DNA from: Octopus sinensis
Lineage: Eukaryota
Assembly (NCBI RefSeq): GCF_006345805.1
Contig: NC_043002.1
Coordinates: 40,548,001-40,612,000, forward strand
DNA: 64,000 bases
Reading direction: 5' to 3'
Part shown: positions 27,773 through 39,814 of the stretch, piece by piece
How the letters are laid out: every line of letters starts with the position of its first letter
Position numbering within the stretch: position 1 is the stretch's first letter
The notes under the pieces: generated by a model
The model's database searches: none
Told to the model about the DNA's origin: nothing
Seen by the model: only the letters and a program-made list of their open reading frames with translations
Position numbers and translations under genes: made by a program

Positions 27773-27827
27773 TAACAAAACTGTCTGACGAACAGGAATG
27801 TGTAACTCTGAGTAACAGCTTTTGTTA
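27773..27827 (+). ncRNA. Minimal type I hammerhead ribozyme with one core substitution
   Basis: 12-bp stem I with 1 bulge, CTGACGA, stem II ACA-GGAA-TGT, GTAAC instead of GAAAC, AC-tctga-GT, GTA triplet. Confidence 0.6.
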
Positions 27828-28421
27828 TATTTCTGCTGCTTTTAAATAAAGTATGCATATATACATATATATATATATAAATATATGTATATATATATAT
27901 ATATACATACACACACACACATATATATATGAATATATATATGTGCATACACACACACACTCATACGTACATGTACACAAATGTACACACATTTATATAT
28001 AAGAAAAACGTGACATCATATACAACTGTGAGTGTTTGTACATGAAAAATGCATATCCAACTTTCAGCATGTGTACATATAGATACATACATATACACAC
28101 CAGCTTGAATCTATTATTTTTTTTTTCTACACAGACGACAAGTCTAGAGTGAAAAATCTAGAACATCCAAAATTCCTGAAGATATTTGCAATATCTCAAA
28201 ATGATACAGATATCTCTGAAAATTAGATAATATATGAAATGTGTTAGGAACAACTAGTTAGGTGATGTTGATGAGAAAAGATGTTACTAAGTGTGAAAAA
28301 GACTAGCAAATGAGTAAATGGGAACGTGCAACAGAAGACCCTAAAGAACTGAAGTAATGTAAGCAATGTGAAATAAAAGATTAACAAGGAGAAAATAATA
28401 GAGTACACCAATTCATCTTAC

Positions 28422-28466
28422 CCTTGTTGATTGTTTTTCTTGGCCTCACTCGAGTCAGTGTCGTCT
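28422..28466 (-). CDS. Candidate 45-nt cassette microexon of copine, (Q)DDTDSSEAKKNNQQ(G)
   Basis: Acceptor catatcctttccttcag, donor G|GTAAGA. Phase 2-2, so it fits the phase-2 intron without a frameshift. Confidence 0.6.
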
Positions 28467-29224
28467 CTGAAGGAAAGGATATGCTTTGGTTTCACCTTAA
28501 TTCATGAACTTAGCATGAAACTCTCAAATTTTCAATCAACAATTGCAGACATATATATATATATATCAATACATTAAACTGTAGAATTTATGGTGCTTCA
28601 AAATTACAGGCATGAGTGGTGAGATGTGGGAACGGGGGAAGCAAGAAATGAAAAACAAAAAGTAAAGAAATAGGAAAAAAAAAAACGGTTAAAGAAAATT
28701 AAAGGACAATGAAACTCGGGAACTATTCCATATTAAATAAGATGAAACTAAAGAAGTGTTTTTCTCATATTTCATTTGAAAGAGATATTTTGAAATGCTG
28801 TCCATGAGTAATATTGCATTTAAAATAGTGTATATTTGTGTTTATATATATATATATACACATCATCATCATTTAATATCTGCCTTCTATGTTGGTGTCA
28901 TAAATATGTGTATGGGTGCGTGTAGTGTATGTGTGTGAGTTTGGTTTTAAATATCATATTACTCATGAACATTACCATAGAAATATTCAGCTACACAGTT
29001 AATTTCCATTTATCTCTTATATGTACATATATATGTATATATATATATACATATATATATAAATAAATAGATGTGTGTATTTTTCCCTTGTTAACAATTA
29101 ACATGGGAAAAGTATATAAATAGTTACCAGGGAAGCAAAAAATCACACAAATAAAAAGGTAGAAACTTCGGGTTTAAGTGAAATATTTTGTATAATATAT
29201 ATAAATAATTAAATGGAATTAAAC

Positions 29225-29443
29225 GCAGGTGTTATTCAAATTCTTTTACTTCTGACACATGTTTCGAAGATATCACTGGTATTATTCCAATATATATATT
29301 AGAATGTCTTATTGGCGAGTTTCATTTCTTCACTTCCCTGAAGAGAGGATTACATTGTTTTACACTATTTTATTCCTTTAGAATAATACCAGTGATATCT
29401 TCGAAACATGTGTCGGAAGTAAAAGAATTTGAATAACACCTGC
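29225..29443. repeat. Foldback element, 63-bp inverted arms (29225-29287, 29381-29443), 1 mismatch
   Basis: gcaggtgttattcaaattcttttacttc...tattattc and its reverse complement. Confidence 0.92.
29332..29420 (+). ncRNA. Complete minimal type I hammerhead ribozyme motif
   Basis: Stem I acttcc/ggaagt, CTGAAGA, stem II gaggat/atcttc with G10.1-C11.1, GAAAC, AC-atgt-GT, GTC triplet at 29412-29414. Confidence 0.75.
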
Positions 29444-30121
29444 TTTTAACCACTTTTGCCACTATAATATACCACCAAGTATATTAAAGTCAATATTGTA
29501 CCCTACTTTTGTGTTAGCAGTGTGTTTTCATTTTTAAGTTTATCTGTACATAAACATATTTGTAAATGAAGCATCATAACTTTCAATACTGGCTCTGAAT
29601 TCTACAGAAAATCTGTAGAGATAAACTAACATGCACGCACACACACACACACATGAATGGTCACACACACTAACATACACACATGTGCATACATATAGGA
29701 ATTCTGGTTAGAATAGTCTAAAAAAAAAAAACATGTACTTACAAAAATACAAGGGCAAAATTAGTACTGAATCAGAAATATATAAAAATTCTTGTACAAA
29801 CTGTTAATAACTACTAGTTTTGAATCCAAAAGTTATTCAAACTCTCATCAGGCTGTAGGAACTGTCCATGCCAATGACAGATTAGAATTTGCAAAACAAT
29901 TGTTATGGTTATGCAGAAGTTATCTTTCACTGCATTCAGAAAATTTGAAGTTAAAAGAATATTTTTTTCTTTTAGTATACTTGGAAGGGACTATATGCAC
30001 TTTGGGAAGGAAGTTATCTTCCTTCTCACAGTCTGTATGCATATGTGCATACACACATACACATTTACATGTATACACATTGGCATACAAAAATATCCAT
30101 GAACATGCTAGAGATGTGAAG

Positions 30122-30155
<34 letters not shown>

Positions 30156-30989
30156 AGAGAGAGAGTAATGGGGACAGATAAAGAGAAAGAAAGAGAGGGA
30201 CAGAGAAGAGAGACTTCAAGAAATACCTGAAATCCAGGAAAGATTTTGGGAAAATGGTGGCAGGTGATATACTATAATCATATAAAAAATATATAAACCT
30301 ACAAAACATATACTGAGCTGAAAAGTTAGTTGAGCAAAGTGTTTACAAAGGCAAGATAAAATTTATTCATAGATGAAAGGAATCATGACCTGAGTCCAAG
30401 TAATAATTTCCCTTTGTGTATGCTGGGTGGGGTAGTTTCTGATTTGGTATTATGGCACAAGCCTGTCTTCTACACATCATTTAGGCCTGTATGATTTCCT
30501 TTTTGCTATGCATAACTTGCAACACTTGGTGGAATGCAGGTATACTCTGAATTTTACAGTATCTTCCAGTTCCTATGAAATATTGCTCCATTTTTCCTTC
30601 AATGCTAGTCAGCTTTGTAATATTCCATTTTTCAATATTTTGCAAAGGATTATTCAAGTGAAGATATAACTACAGAGCTATAGATAACCTGGGCAGCAGT
30701 AATTGTTATTTTGGGAAATTTGGTTGGCCATTGGCATGGTGTGATTATAGATCCTTATGAGAGTCGAAACAAGAATATTAATATATTTCTGAATAAACAA
30801 AACACATATACATACACATAATCTGAATAAATATATCTGGAAAAAATATATATGTGTGTGTGTGTGCATACATATATATATATATACACACAGGCACAAA
30901 TATATATATAAACACACACATATATTTATATATATACACACAGGCACAAATATATATATAAACACACACATATATTTATATATATATTT

Positions 30990-31220
30990 CTTTATTGCCC
31001 ACAAGGGGCTAAACATAGAGGGGACAAACAAGGATGGACAGAAAAACAGATTAAGTCGATTACATCAACCCCAGTGCGTAACTGGTACTTTATTTATAGA
31101 CCCCGAAAGGATGAAAGGCAAAGTCAACCTCGGCGGAATTTGAACTCAAAACGTAGCGACAGACGAAATATCGCTAAGCATTTCGCCTGGCGCGCTAATG
31201 TTTCAAGCCAGCTCGCCGCC
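30990..31220 (-). mobile_element. Deu/Nin-type SINE, fairly young
   Basis: actggtacttatttatagaccccgaaaggatgaaaggcaaagtcaacctcggcggaatttgaactc. Confidence 0.8.
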
Positions 31221-31559
31221 TTTATATTTATATATACACATGCATATATGTGTGAACATATGCATCCATACACATTACCAATCTTCCATGAAAATATATC
31301 CGGCCATAGGGAAATATTACCTTGTTTTGAAACAAGTGAGTGTTGACCATGACCACAGGAAGGGTATTTTGTATGGCATTCAGCCATAGAAAATCTGTCT
31401 TAACTAATCCTGTCTGACCCATATGACAACTGAGAAGTGAAAATTAAGACGATACACATACATGCATAAATACACACACACACACCTACTAAGAGAATAA
31501 AGAAAATATATCTTATTAAATGCCAAGAAGGATGCTTAGAAAGAGTAGTTAGTTTATGT

Positions 31560-32070
31560 TACCTAGGTGACCTAATTAATAGTGAAAGAGAATGCTCTGA
31601 AAGTATGGTTACTAGTATAAGAACATGCTGGAGAAACTTTAGAGAGTTATTGCCACTGTTTCTCTCAGAAAAGCTTTCTCTCAGAGTGGAAGGCAGATTA
31701 TATATTACTTGTGTACAAATAACAATAATATGTAGTTGTGAGAAATGGGCCCTGATTGCAGTGGGCATGCGAAAACTAGAAAGAAAGGATGCTAGCATGC
31801 TCCACTAGATATGCAATGTCAGTGTGCATGAATGACAAAGTACAAATGTGTTGAGAGAAAAACTGGATATAAAAAATCAGATGTAAAAGAAAGAAGACTG
31901 TGTGCCAGTATAGTCATGTGATGTATACAGATGAGGACAGATGCATAATGAAATGCTGATTGCTTACAGAAAGAAATAGTGAATGCTGATCCTAGGACTC
32001 TGAATGTCACAGAGAAGATGACAAAGAACCAGGATGATTGGTAATATCCAGTTCCTGAGAAGCATAATTG
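31560..32070 (+). mobile_element. Degenerate RTE ORF2 C-terminal fragment
   Basis: YLGDLI...CWRNFRELLPL..LSLRVEGRLY..CV...SMLH.ICNVSVH...LREKL. Confidence 0.85.
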
Positions 32071-32339
32071 TATATACACAACTGGGCACCTTGCTAGATT
32101 TCCTCAAGTCTTTCTCACCTTTCCTCATCTCTCAGTCACTGATTGCTCCACTAGTAGTCTAATTGTAGTATTCTGTTACTATATTTAAAGGAAGGTAGAA
32201 CTACATATTTCATTATCTTTTTCTGTGATACTAGTAATCTTCCTTCCAAGCCACTTCACTTGACATCCTTCCTTCATTCTTAACACTATCACTCTTCACT
32301 CACATTTTACATTGATCATTAGGTCCTTCTGTGCTGCTC

Positions 32340-33760
32340 CTTCTGTGCTGCAAAACGGTGTGCCAGAAACAGTGCAACAACAGTGGAGAGAAGTGTATTT
32401 GTAATGACAGTGGAATTCTTGCCCTTACTAGTGCTGAAAAGAAAGAGTTGTGGGAGTGCTATTAAGAGAGGTTGCTAAATGAAGAAAACAGTGTATCAGG
32501 AATCACCACTAAAATGCTTAAAATGTCAGCGGATAGGTTAGTCTCTATGATAATCAATCAGATGATTCAGGAAGACACCATACCTAATAACTGGCAAAGC
32601 AACATTATTGTCAACTGCTATAAGGGCAAAGGCAATGCTTTAGAGAGGTGTAGTTTTAGACATATCAAGCTATCGAACCGGGGTATGAAAATTACAGAAA
32701 GAGTTATAGCTTAAATAATGAAGACGAAAATTAAACTAAATGAAATGCAGTGGAACTTTGTACTTGGGAGAAGCACTACTGATACCACCTTCTTAGTGAA
32801 GCAACTGCAGAAGAAGTATTTAGCCAGGAGTAACAGGCATTTGATGACTTAGTGAAGCACTTAGAAGGTTCATGGCTTTGTGATCTGCTGGACTCTGAGG
32901 TCGGGAGGTTGGCTTGTGAGAGCAATACAAGCCCTGTACAGAAATGCAGACAGCAAGATAAGAGTTCAACAATAAATTTAGGATTCAAATGAGGATACAT
33001 CAAAGCTCTATCCTCAGCCTTCTCCCATTCATTCATTATAGCCTTCCAAACTATAACAGAGTTGTTTTAGAGTAGCTGTCCATTGGAACTTCACTCTACT
33101 GATGACCTACTTAAGGCAGAATCTGCACAAAATTTACAACAGTAGAAGTAAAATCTAGAACTGAAAGGCTTCATACTTAACTTAACAAAGACTAAAGTAT
33201 TAGTAAAGTAAATAAAAGAGAAAATAGTAGCCTGTTAACATCAGGAAAATGGTCATTCCCAATTTGCAGGAAAGTAATAGGACAGAATTCCATCTGGTGC
33301 AACTTTTTGAAACTATCGATAAAGGCTATAGCAGGATCAGAGGTAGACTAACAGATAAGGTACACTTCATATGTAGAAGATGCATGGGAACAGTGAAGAC
33401 TAAGAGTTCACAAGAGATACATACAATTAAATGCCCAAAAAACTCCTTAAAAATACCATATATGTCAGCATATGACACACTTTTTTTATTCTTAAATGTC
33501 ATAAAACATTGTAATGCATCTAATGAAACCATATTATGGATGGGATACCAAGTGTATGAGTGAGTGAAAAATCATTAATTTTTTTTTTTTTTTACACAAT
33601 GTAAGCTTGTAAAGCAACTTATGTGAGAGTATGTCTTACACACTGATAAATACAGTAGATGATAGCTTCTGTTACTTAGGTGACTTAATTAACAGTGGGG
33701 ATAGGTATCCAGAGAGTGTAGCAAAAATGGTAAAAGTTGAAGGAGCTGTTGCTTCTAGTA
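32340..33760 (+). mobile_element. Degenerate RTE RT region
   Basis: IPNNWQSNIIVNCYKGKGNALERCSFRHIKL, GRSTTDTTFLVKQLQKKYLA, GIHQSSILS-like stretch, YLGDLI at ~33670. Confidence 0.85.
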
Positions 33761-34161
33761 AGTCCACTAATACTGCCTCCTCATCACATGAACTCTCTGT
33801 CCTATCTTGATGTTTATGTAAGGTGGATAAAGAAACCTATTGTATCCACTACCTTTGACTGCTCTACCTGTACTACCAGCAATCACCCAGTCTCTCAATG
33901 TCTGCTATTATACTCTTGCCCCTTTTCACCTATACACCCTCACTCTTCCTCCGTCATTGTCCTATCTCTTGAGTGTCACTGTGTTCTGTCATCATTCTAT
34001 TCCCTACTCATATGAATGGCTTCATGTACATCTCAGAATACTGAGTACTCCATATCACTCATCCTTTTGTCATACATCCCACTTATTACTTATCACTATC
34101 ATTCATGCTTGTAAAGTGGATGGTGAGTGAGCAGAGATGCAGGGTCTTGTTGAGGACATGG

Positions 34162-34645
34162 CTATCGCCCTAGGGCTAGAACCATGAAAAGATGCACTTC
34201 ACATACTCTGTCAAGTGTTGGATTCAGAGGATCCTTCAGTCTTGTCAAGGCCATAACATCATCTTTAGAGTTGGTGCCACAAAAACTGCACCCCGTACTC
34301 TCGGTAAAGAAGTTGCTATTAGGAAGAGCATAGCATCTGATTGTAGAAACCAAGCCACAAATGAAACACATGAGCAAAATGCAATCCTCTGGCCAGTCAG
34401 ATCCAAAGTTAACTCCAGTACATACCAGAAAAATAAAAACGTTCCTTTTTTTGTTTGTATAATTATTTCTAGTTTGCTTTTTAATGCTCCCTTCATGAAA
34501 TGTTAACATTAACATATCTTTCATTTTTGATGGGTTTGGAAGTATTTCATCAATCAACTTGAAAGCACCATTTTTAGATAACAATCTCATGGTTTCTTTA
34601 TCCACCTTAACATAAAGTTTGATTTTATTTTTAACATGCTTGAAA
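34162..34645 (-). other. Unexplained 160-codon open frame behind a good splice acceptor (possible alternative terminal exon)
   Basis: Acceptor ttgtatttattgtattttactgcag; phase compatible with the copine 71-nt exon. No recognised homology. Confidence 0.3.
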
Positions 34646-36765
34646 CTGCAGTAAAATACAATAAATACAAGTGATAGGTGTAGTAACCAAATGACAAAGC
34701 CTTCCAATTATGTGCACACAGGCAATGCTCTCTTTGATTTTTAATGTCCTATGTGCACAAAATTTTATGGTGTGTAATTTTTTCACAGTGACAATAAAAT
34801 ATTTATGTGCTGAATTCTTAAATGTAATAAATCTGACAAAATTAAGATAATTTTAGCTAGTTTCTCCCAAGCCTATAAATTTGCATGTAATGTTTTAAAG
34901 ATCTTAAATATGCAGTACATTTAACATTGCATTAAATTTTGGTTATTTATCATCACAAGTGTCTGAACCATTGGCCTATTTTGAATAAAAGATATTTAAT
35001 TCTTTGTGTACAGTTTAATTTTCTTTGTTCACTAGTTACATAACATGTGCATGTATGCATGCATGCATGAATATGAAGCTCTCAAATGGATTATTGCATG
35101 TGAGTTTGAAATTTTAAAACCACCAAATTATATTCTGCAAAATTCTTTAACTAAATTGTGGATTAAAACTTCTAAAATTTGTTGCATAATGATGCAAATT
35201 GAGAAAACCAAGGGAGTACCTTATTTTCTTAATTAGAACACCTTTAACAAAACATTTAAATTCTGTATGTGAAAAGGATGTAGCTTCGTTAACAGAAATT
35301 TAAAAAAAAAAAGACTAACTAAATAAGTATTATGACTTTCAGACATTTTTTGTGAATAATACATTTTCGGACAATTGCAATGTAGAAAGTTTATTGAAAT
35401 ATTAGCATAGGAAAACAGAGATTTTAAATAAAACATTCACCAAATATTTGATATAAATTATCAATGCATTAAAACAGACTTACACGTATACTTTGATATG
35501 TCAAAACAAAAGTTACTAAGTGAATTATCGATACAGCAAAATAGAATTACTAAATGAATTACCACATCAAAAAGTCACTGCTTAGCAAGTTACTTCATAT
35601 TTCGTGAAATATTTTTTCCTGAATACATTAACATATTGAAGCAATATTTCAAATGATTTATGAGTTATTAGAAAACCTCATGTCTATAAAGAAGGTAAAA
35701 TGTGGCTATATAACAGTACATTAGCAATATAAGAGACATTACTAGTTTCAATCAGAAATCACGACTATCCAGGTTTCCTCCATTCTTTGGTGTCTTCCAA
35801 ACTGAGTTAGCAACATATTGAGACAATATGCTTTCAGTGAGTTAGCAACATATTGAAACAATATGCAATAAGTTACTGGAAATTATAATGAGTTTCCTAC
35901 GCACATAACAAAACTAAAATAGCATTTATAATGAGGTAACAAAATGTTTTAGCCAAGCTATTAGTATTTTGAAAGAGTATTTTAAATGAATTATTAGGTA
36001 ATAGAGACTGTAAATTACCTAGAAATATATAGATTTATTGATTAAATATTTCAAGATCCACAATAAACTTTAGACTATTAATTTCATCTTTAAAGTATAT
36101 ATTTACAAGATTAGCAGACACTATATTTCAGTTGGTTTAATCTCTGATCATTGAGTGTCTTATTACTGAATATGTATATTTACCCAAACTAACAAACTTT
36201 TACAGGGTGGAAAACACATATCAGCCATTTGAAAACACACAAAGACTGTTAACATCACTCAGATTTGGCGCTAAAACTTTTGTCGCACCAACTGCATACT
36301 GTTCACTGATGCAATTCTGCTGAGAGGACACCAAATAATAAACATTTAGGTAAAGTATATACAATCTTTGTGTATTTTTGAATAGCTAATATGTATCTTC
36401 CATTCTGTAATTGTTTCAGTTTCAACACACATTCTTAGATCAAATCACCTGCCTGGCAAGTACATCTCTGAAATAAGAAAATTTTCTTCCTAAACAAAGG
36501 ATTTTAATAGTGAACCAATAAAAAATGGAGGGTAAATACAAATATTGTAATTATACACATGCTAAAGATAGTGTTACTGCAGAAAATTATCATCTTTGTA
36601 TTGATAATTTTTAGAAATGTAAACATTCTCAGATATAGAAGAAGGGAGAGAAAATGAAATTGTGTGGTGTTCGTGTATTTTTCAAAACTATTACTGACAA
36701 AAAGAAATGACTATAACTTACAAGAGAAACTGGGTTTGAAGATTATATATCTCCAGGACCTTACT

Positions 36766-36910
36766 TCTAATCAGGAGCATTTGTATCTAAATCAAGACCA
36801 TTTGTGTCTAAATCAAGATTGTTTGTGTCTAAATCAAGATCGTTTGTGTCTAAATCAAGAACGTTTGTATCTAAATCAAGAACGTTTGTATCTAAATCAA
36901 GAGCATTTGT
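36766..36910. repeat. 21-bp minisatellite x7
   Basis: Unit tctaaatcaagaNNNtttgtR. Confidence 0.95.
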
Positions 36911-37440
36911 AACACAACTTATATTTGTATGTCTAAACAAAACTTGTGATTTAATAAAATAATTTAATAATATTTTGAAATGATCTCTACATAAAGAGAG
37001 AGGGAGGCACAACATGAACACTTCATGTTTCTGCAATATTTCTAAACCAGGTCAGTATGGCAGAGACCATCCCTCTCCAAGCCTTCACTCTGTCTCTCAC
37101 TATCTCTTTTCATAGAGAAAGCGAGAGAAAGAGAGATAAATGAATAGATAGGAGGATGTCAAGGCAGCAAAGACCTAATGAGAAAGGGGCTCCATGCACA
37201 ATATGTACACAGATGTTACAGGGTAGCATCTGCCTCAGTCCAGTCAACAGATTATTGTTGTGACATCTGTGGGTGCCAGTCTGTTTTCAGCTTTGGACTG
37301 TGAACTTATATGCACTCTCATCACTGAGATCACAAACCTTGTCATCGTTGGACACTGATGGACTACCAACATACACACAAAAACACATTTGTTCATCTAT
37401 CTATCTATCTGCCTGCCTGCCTACCTGCCTGTCTACCTAC

Positions 37441-37488
<48 letters not shown>

Positions 37489-37511
37489 ACACACAGATAC
37501 ACATATGTATG

Positions 37512-37572
<61 letters not shown>

Positions 37573-37589
37573 CTATATATATATATATA

Positions 37590-37803
37590 TCATCATCACC
37601 GTCTAGCGTCCATTGTCCATGCTGGCATGGGTTGGATGGTTTAACCAGGGCTGGCAAGCTGGAAGGCTGCACCAGACACCAGTCTGATTTGGCATGGTTT
37701 CTATGGCTGGATGTCCTTCTTAATACCAACCACTCTGAGAGTGTAATGGGTGCTTTTACATGCCACCGACACAAGTGCCACACGCATAGCACTGCGTATA
37801 TGT

Positions 37804-37845
<42 letters not shown>

Positions 37846-38000
37846 CAGACACAGACTTTTTTCAGTTTCCATCTTCCAAATCCACTCACAAGGCTTTGGT
37901 CAGCCTGAGGCTATAATAGAAGACACTTACCCAAGGTGCCATGCAATGAAGCTGAACCTGGAGCTATGTAGTTAGGAAACAAACTCTTTAACATACAATG
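37590..38000 (-). mobile_element. RTE 3'-end fragment (37590-37790) and family A SINE (37853-38000)
   Basis: Same diagnostic motifs as the other copies. Confidence 0.75.
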
Positions 38001-38650
38001 CAGCTAAGCTGGAGCACTACTTTGAAGGGTTTTAGTTGAATGAATTAATTCTTTTAAAGCTGGTACTTATTCTATCAGTTTCTTACCGGGATGTAAACAA
38101 ACCAGCACTGGCTGTCAAGCAGTGAGGGGAGACAAACCCAAGCACACATAGATAGATAGATACATACATACATATATTGTGATACTTGGGGATGGTCATA
38201 TTTTGCCAATTAAACACACACACTAAATATTTGGTCTTCACTTCAGCTTTATTATTATTATTATTATTTTAGTTTCTTTGTCAAAGCTCTTTTATTACAC
38301 ATCTTGCGACCTATTCAACAACCCTTTATCCTATATTCTGCTCATTCCATTTTTGACAAAATGGAATAAGCAGAACAAGAGGAAACATGTGGGATAAAAG
38401 GTCATTGAAAAGGTCACAAAATATGTGACAAAAGAGATTTGACACAAAGGAACTAAAATGATAATAATAATAATAATAAAGCTGAAGTGAAGACCAAATA
38501 TATAGTGTGTTTAATTGGCAAAAAATGACCATCCCCAAGAATAACAATATCAGTTTCAACACATGATTTCACATCAAGAATCTTGAAAAACCAAATACAT
38601 ATATATATATATATATATATAATATATATATATATTATATATATATATTT

Positions 38651-38754
38651 ATTTATTATTTTCATACAAAAATGTTGTTGACAGTGACTTTGAAGTTTCG
38701 GCCAGCTAAGCCAAAGTCACTGTCAACAACATTCTTGTATTGAAAATAATAAAT
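38651..38754. repeat. Hairpin with ~42-bp arms and 19-nt loop
   Basis: atttattattttca-tacaaaaatgttgttgacagtgactttg / caaagtcactgtcaacaacattcttgtattgaaaataataaat. Confidence 0.9.
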
Positions 38755-38848
38755 TTGTACTCAACAAAAGTATAGAGTAACCCATCAGATTAAAGTAAAA
38801 TTGTTTTTACTATAACTGAACATAAAAAAAAGAATTTATATATATATA

Positions 38849-38935
<87 letters not shown>

Positions 38936-39089
38936 GTATAATGGGCTTTTTTCAGTTTCAGTCTACCAAATCACTCAGCTTTGGTGGCCTGCAGCAATAA
39001 TAAAAGACTCTTGACCAAGGTGCCACACATTGGGACTGAACCTGGAACCAGGGAGTTGGGAAGCAATCTTTTATAAATACACATGCATA

Positions 39090-39184
<95 letters not shown>

Positions 39185-39189
39185 TTATA

Positions 39190-39751
39190 TTGGGTTGTCC
39201 AGAAAGTTCGTGCTGATTTATAGTATCTTACCTTTTGACTTATTTTAGAACATGGTTGGGTCCATAAAATGGGATTTGACTACACCTCCATTTAAAGCAC
39301 AGTTTAAGCTATCTTTTTGTGGAAGAAGGTTTATGTTCCTATAACCTGCATTAATTCTGTAACTCTTTAAAATGGAAGATAAGAAAGTTAATTTTCGGTA
39401 CTTGATGCTTTGGGAACCGGACAAAAATTGCTGCAGCTTGGCTGGGATGTGTTACCCCACCCTCCATATTCACCAGATATTGCTCCTTTGGATTTACACT
39501 TATTCAGGACTCTGCAGAATAGTCTTAATGGTAAAAATTTCAATTCCTTGGATGATGTAAAAAGATACCGTGATGAATTCTTTGCCATGAAGCCACCTCA
39601 ATTCTGGGAAGTGGGTATTTTCAAGTTAAAGGAAAGATGGAGACACATTGTGCAACAAAATGGTTCATATTTGGTTGATTAAGAATGTAATGGCAAGTAT
39701 TTATTGACCTTTTTCTTTCCTTTAAAAATCAGCACAAACTTTCTGGACAAC

Positions 39752-39755
<4 letters not shown>
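39190..39755 (+). mobile_element. Internally deleted mariner (566 bp), second subfamily
   Basis: TA-flanked TIRs ttgggttgtccagaaagtt. N-terminal MEDKKVNFRYLMLWE fused to LGWDVLPHPPYSPDIAP...NGSYLVD. Confidence 0.93.

Positions 39756-39814
<59 letters not shown>

Noticed and set aside
36766-36910. Minisatellite as a CRISPR array or LRR exon
   Set aside because: No unique spacers, eukaryotic context, and no splice sites supporting coding use.
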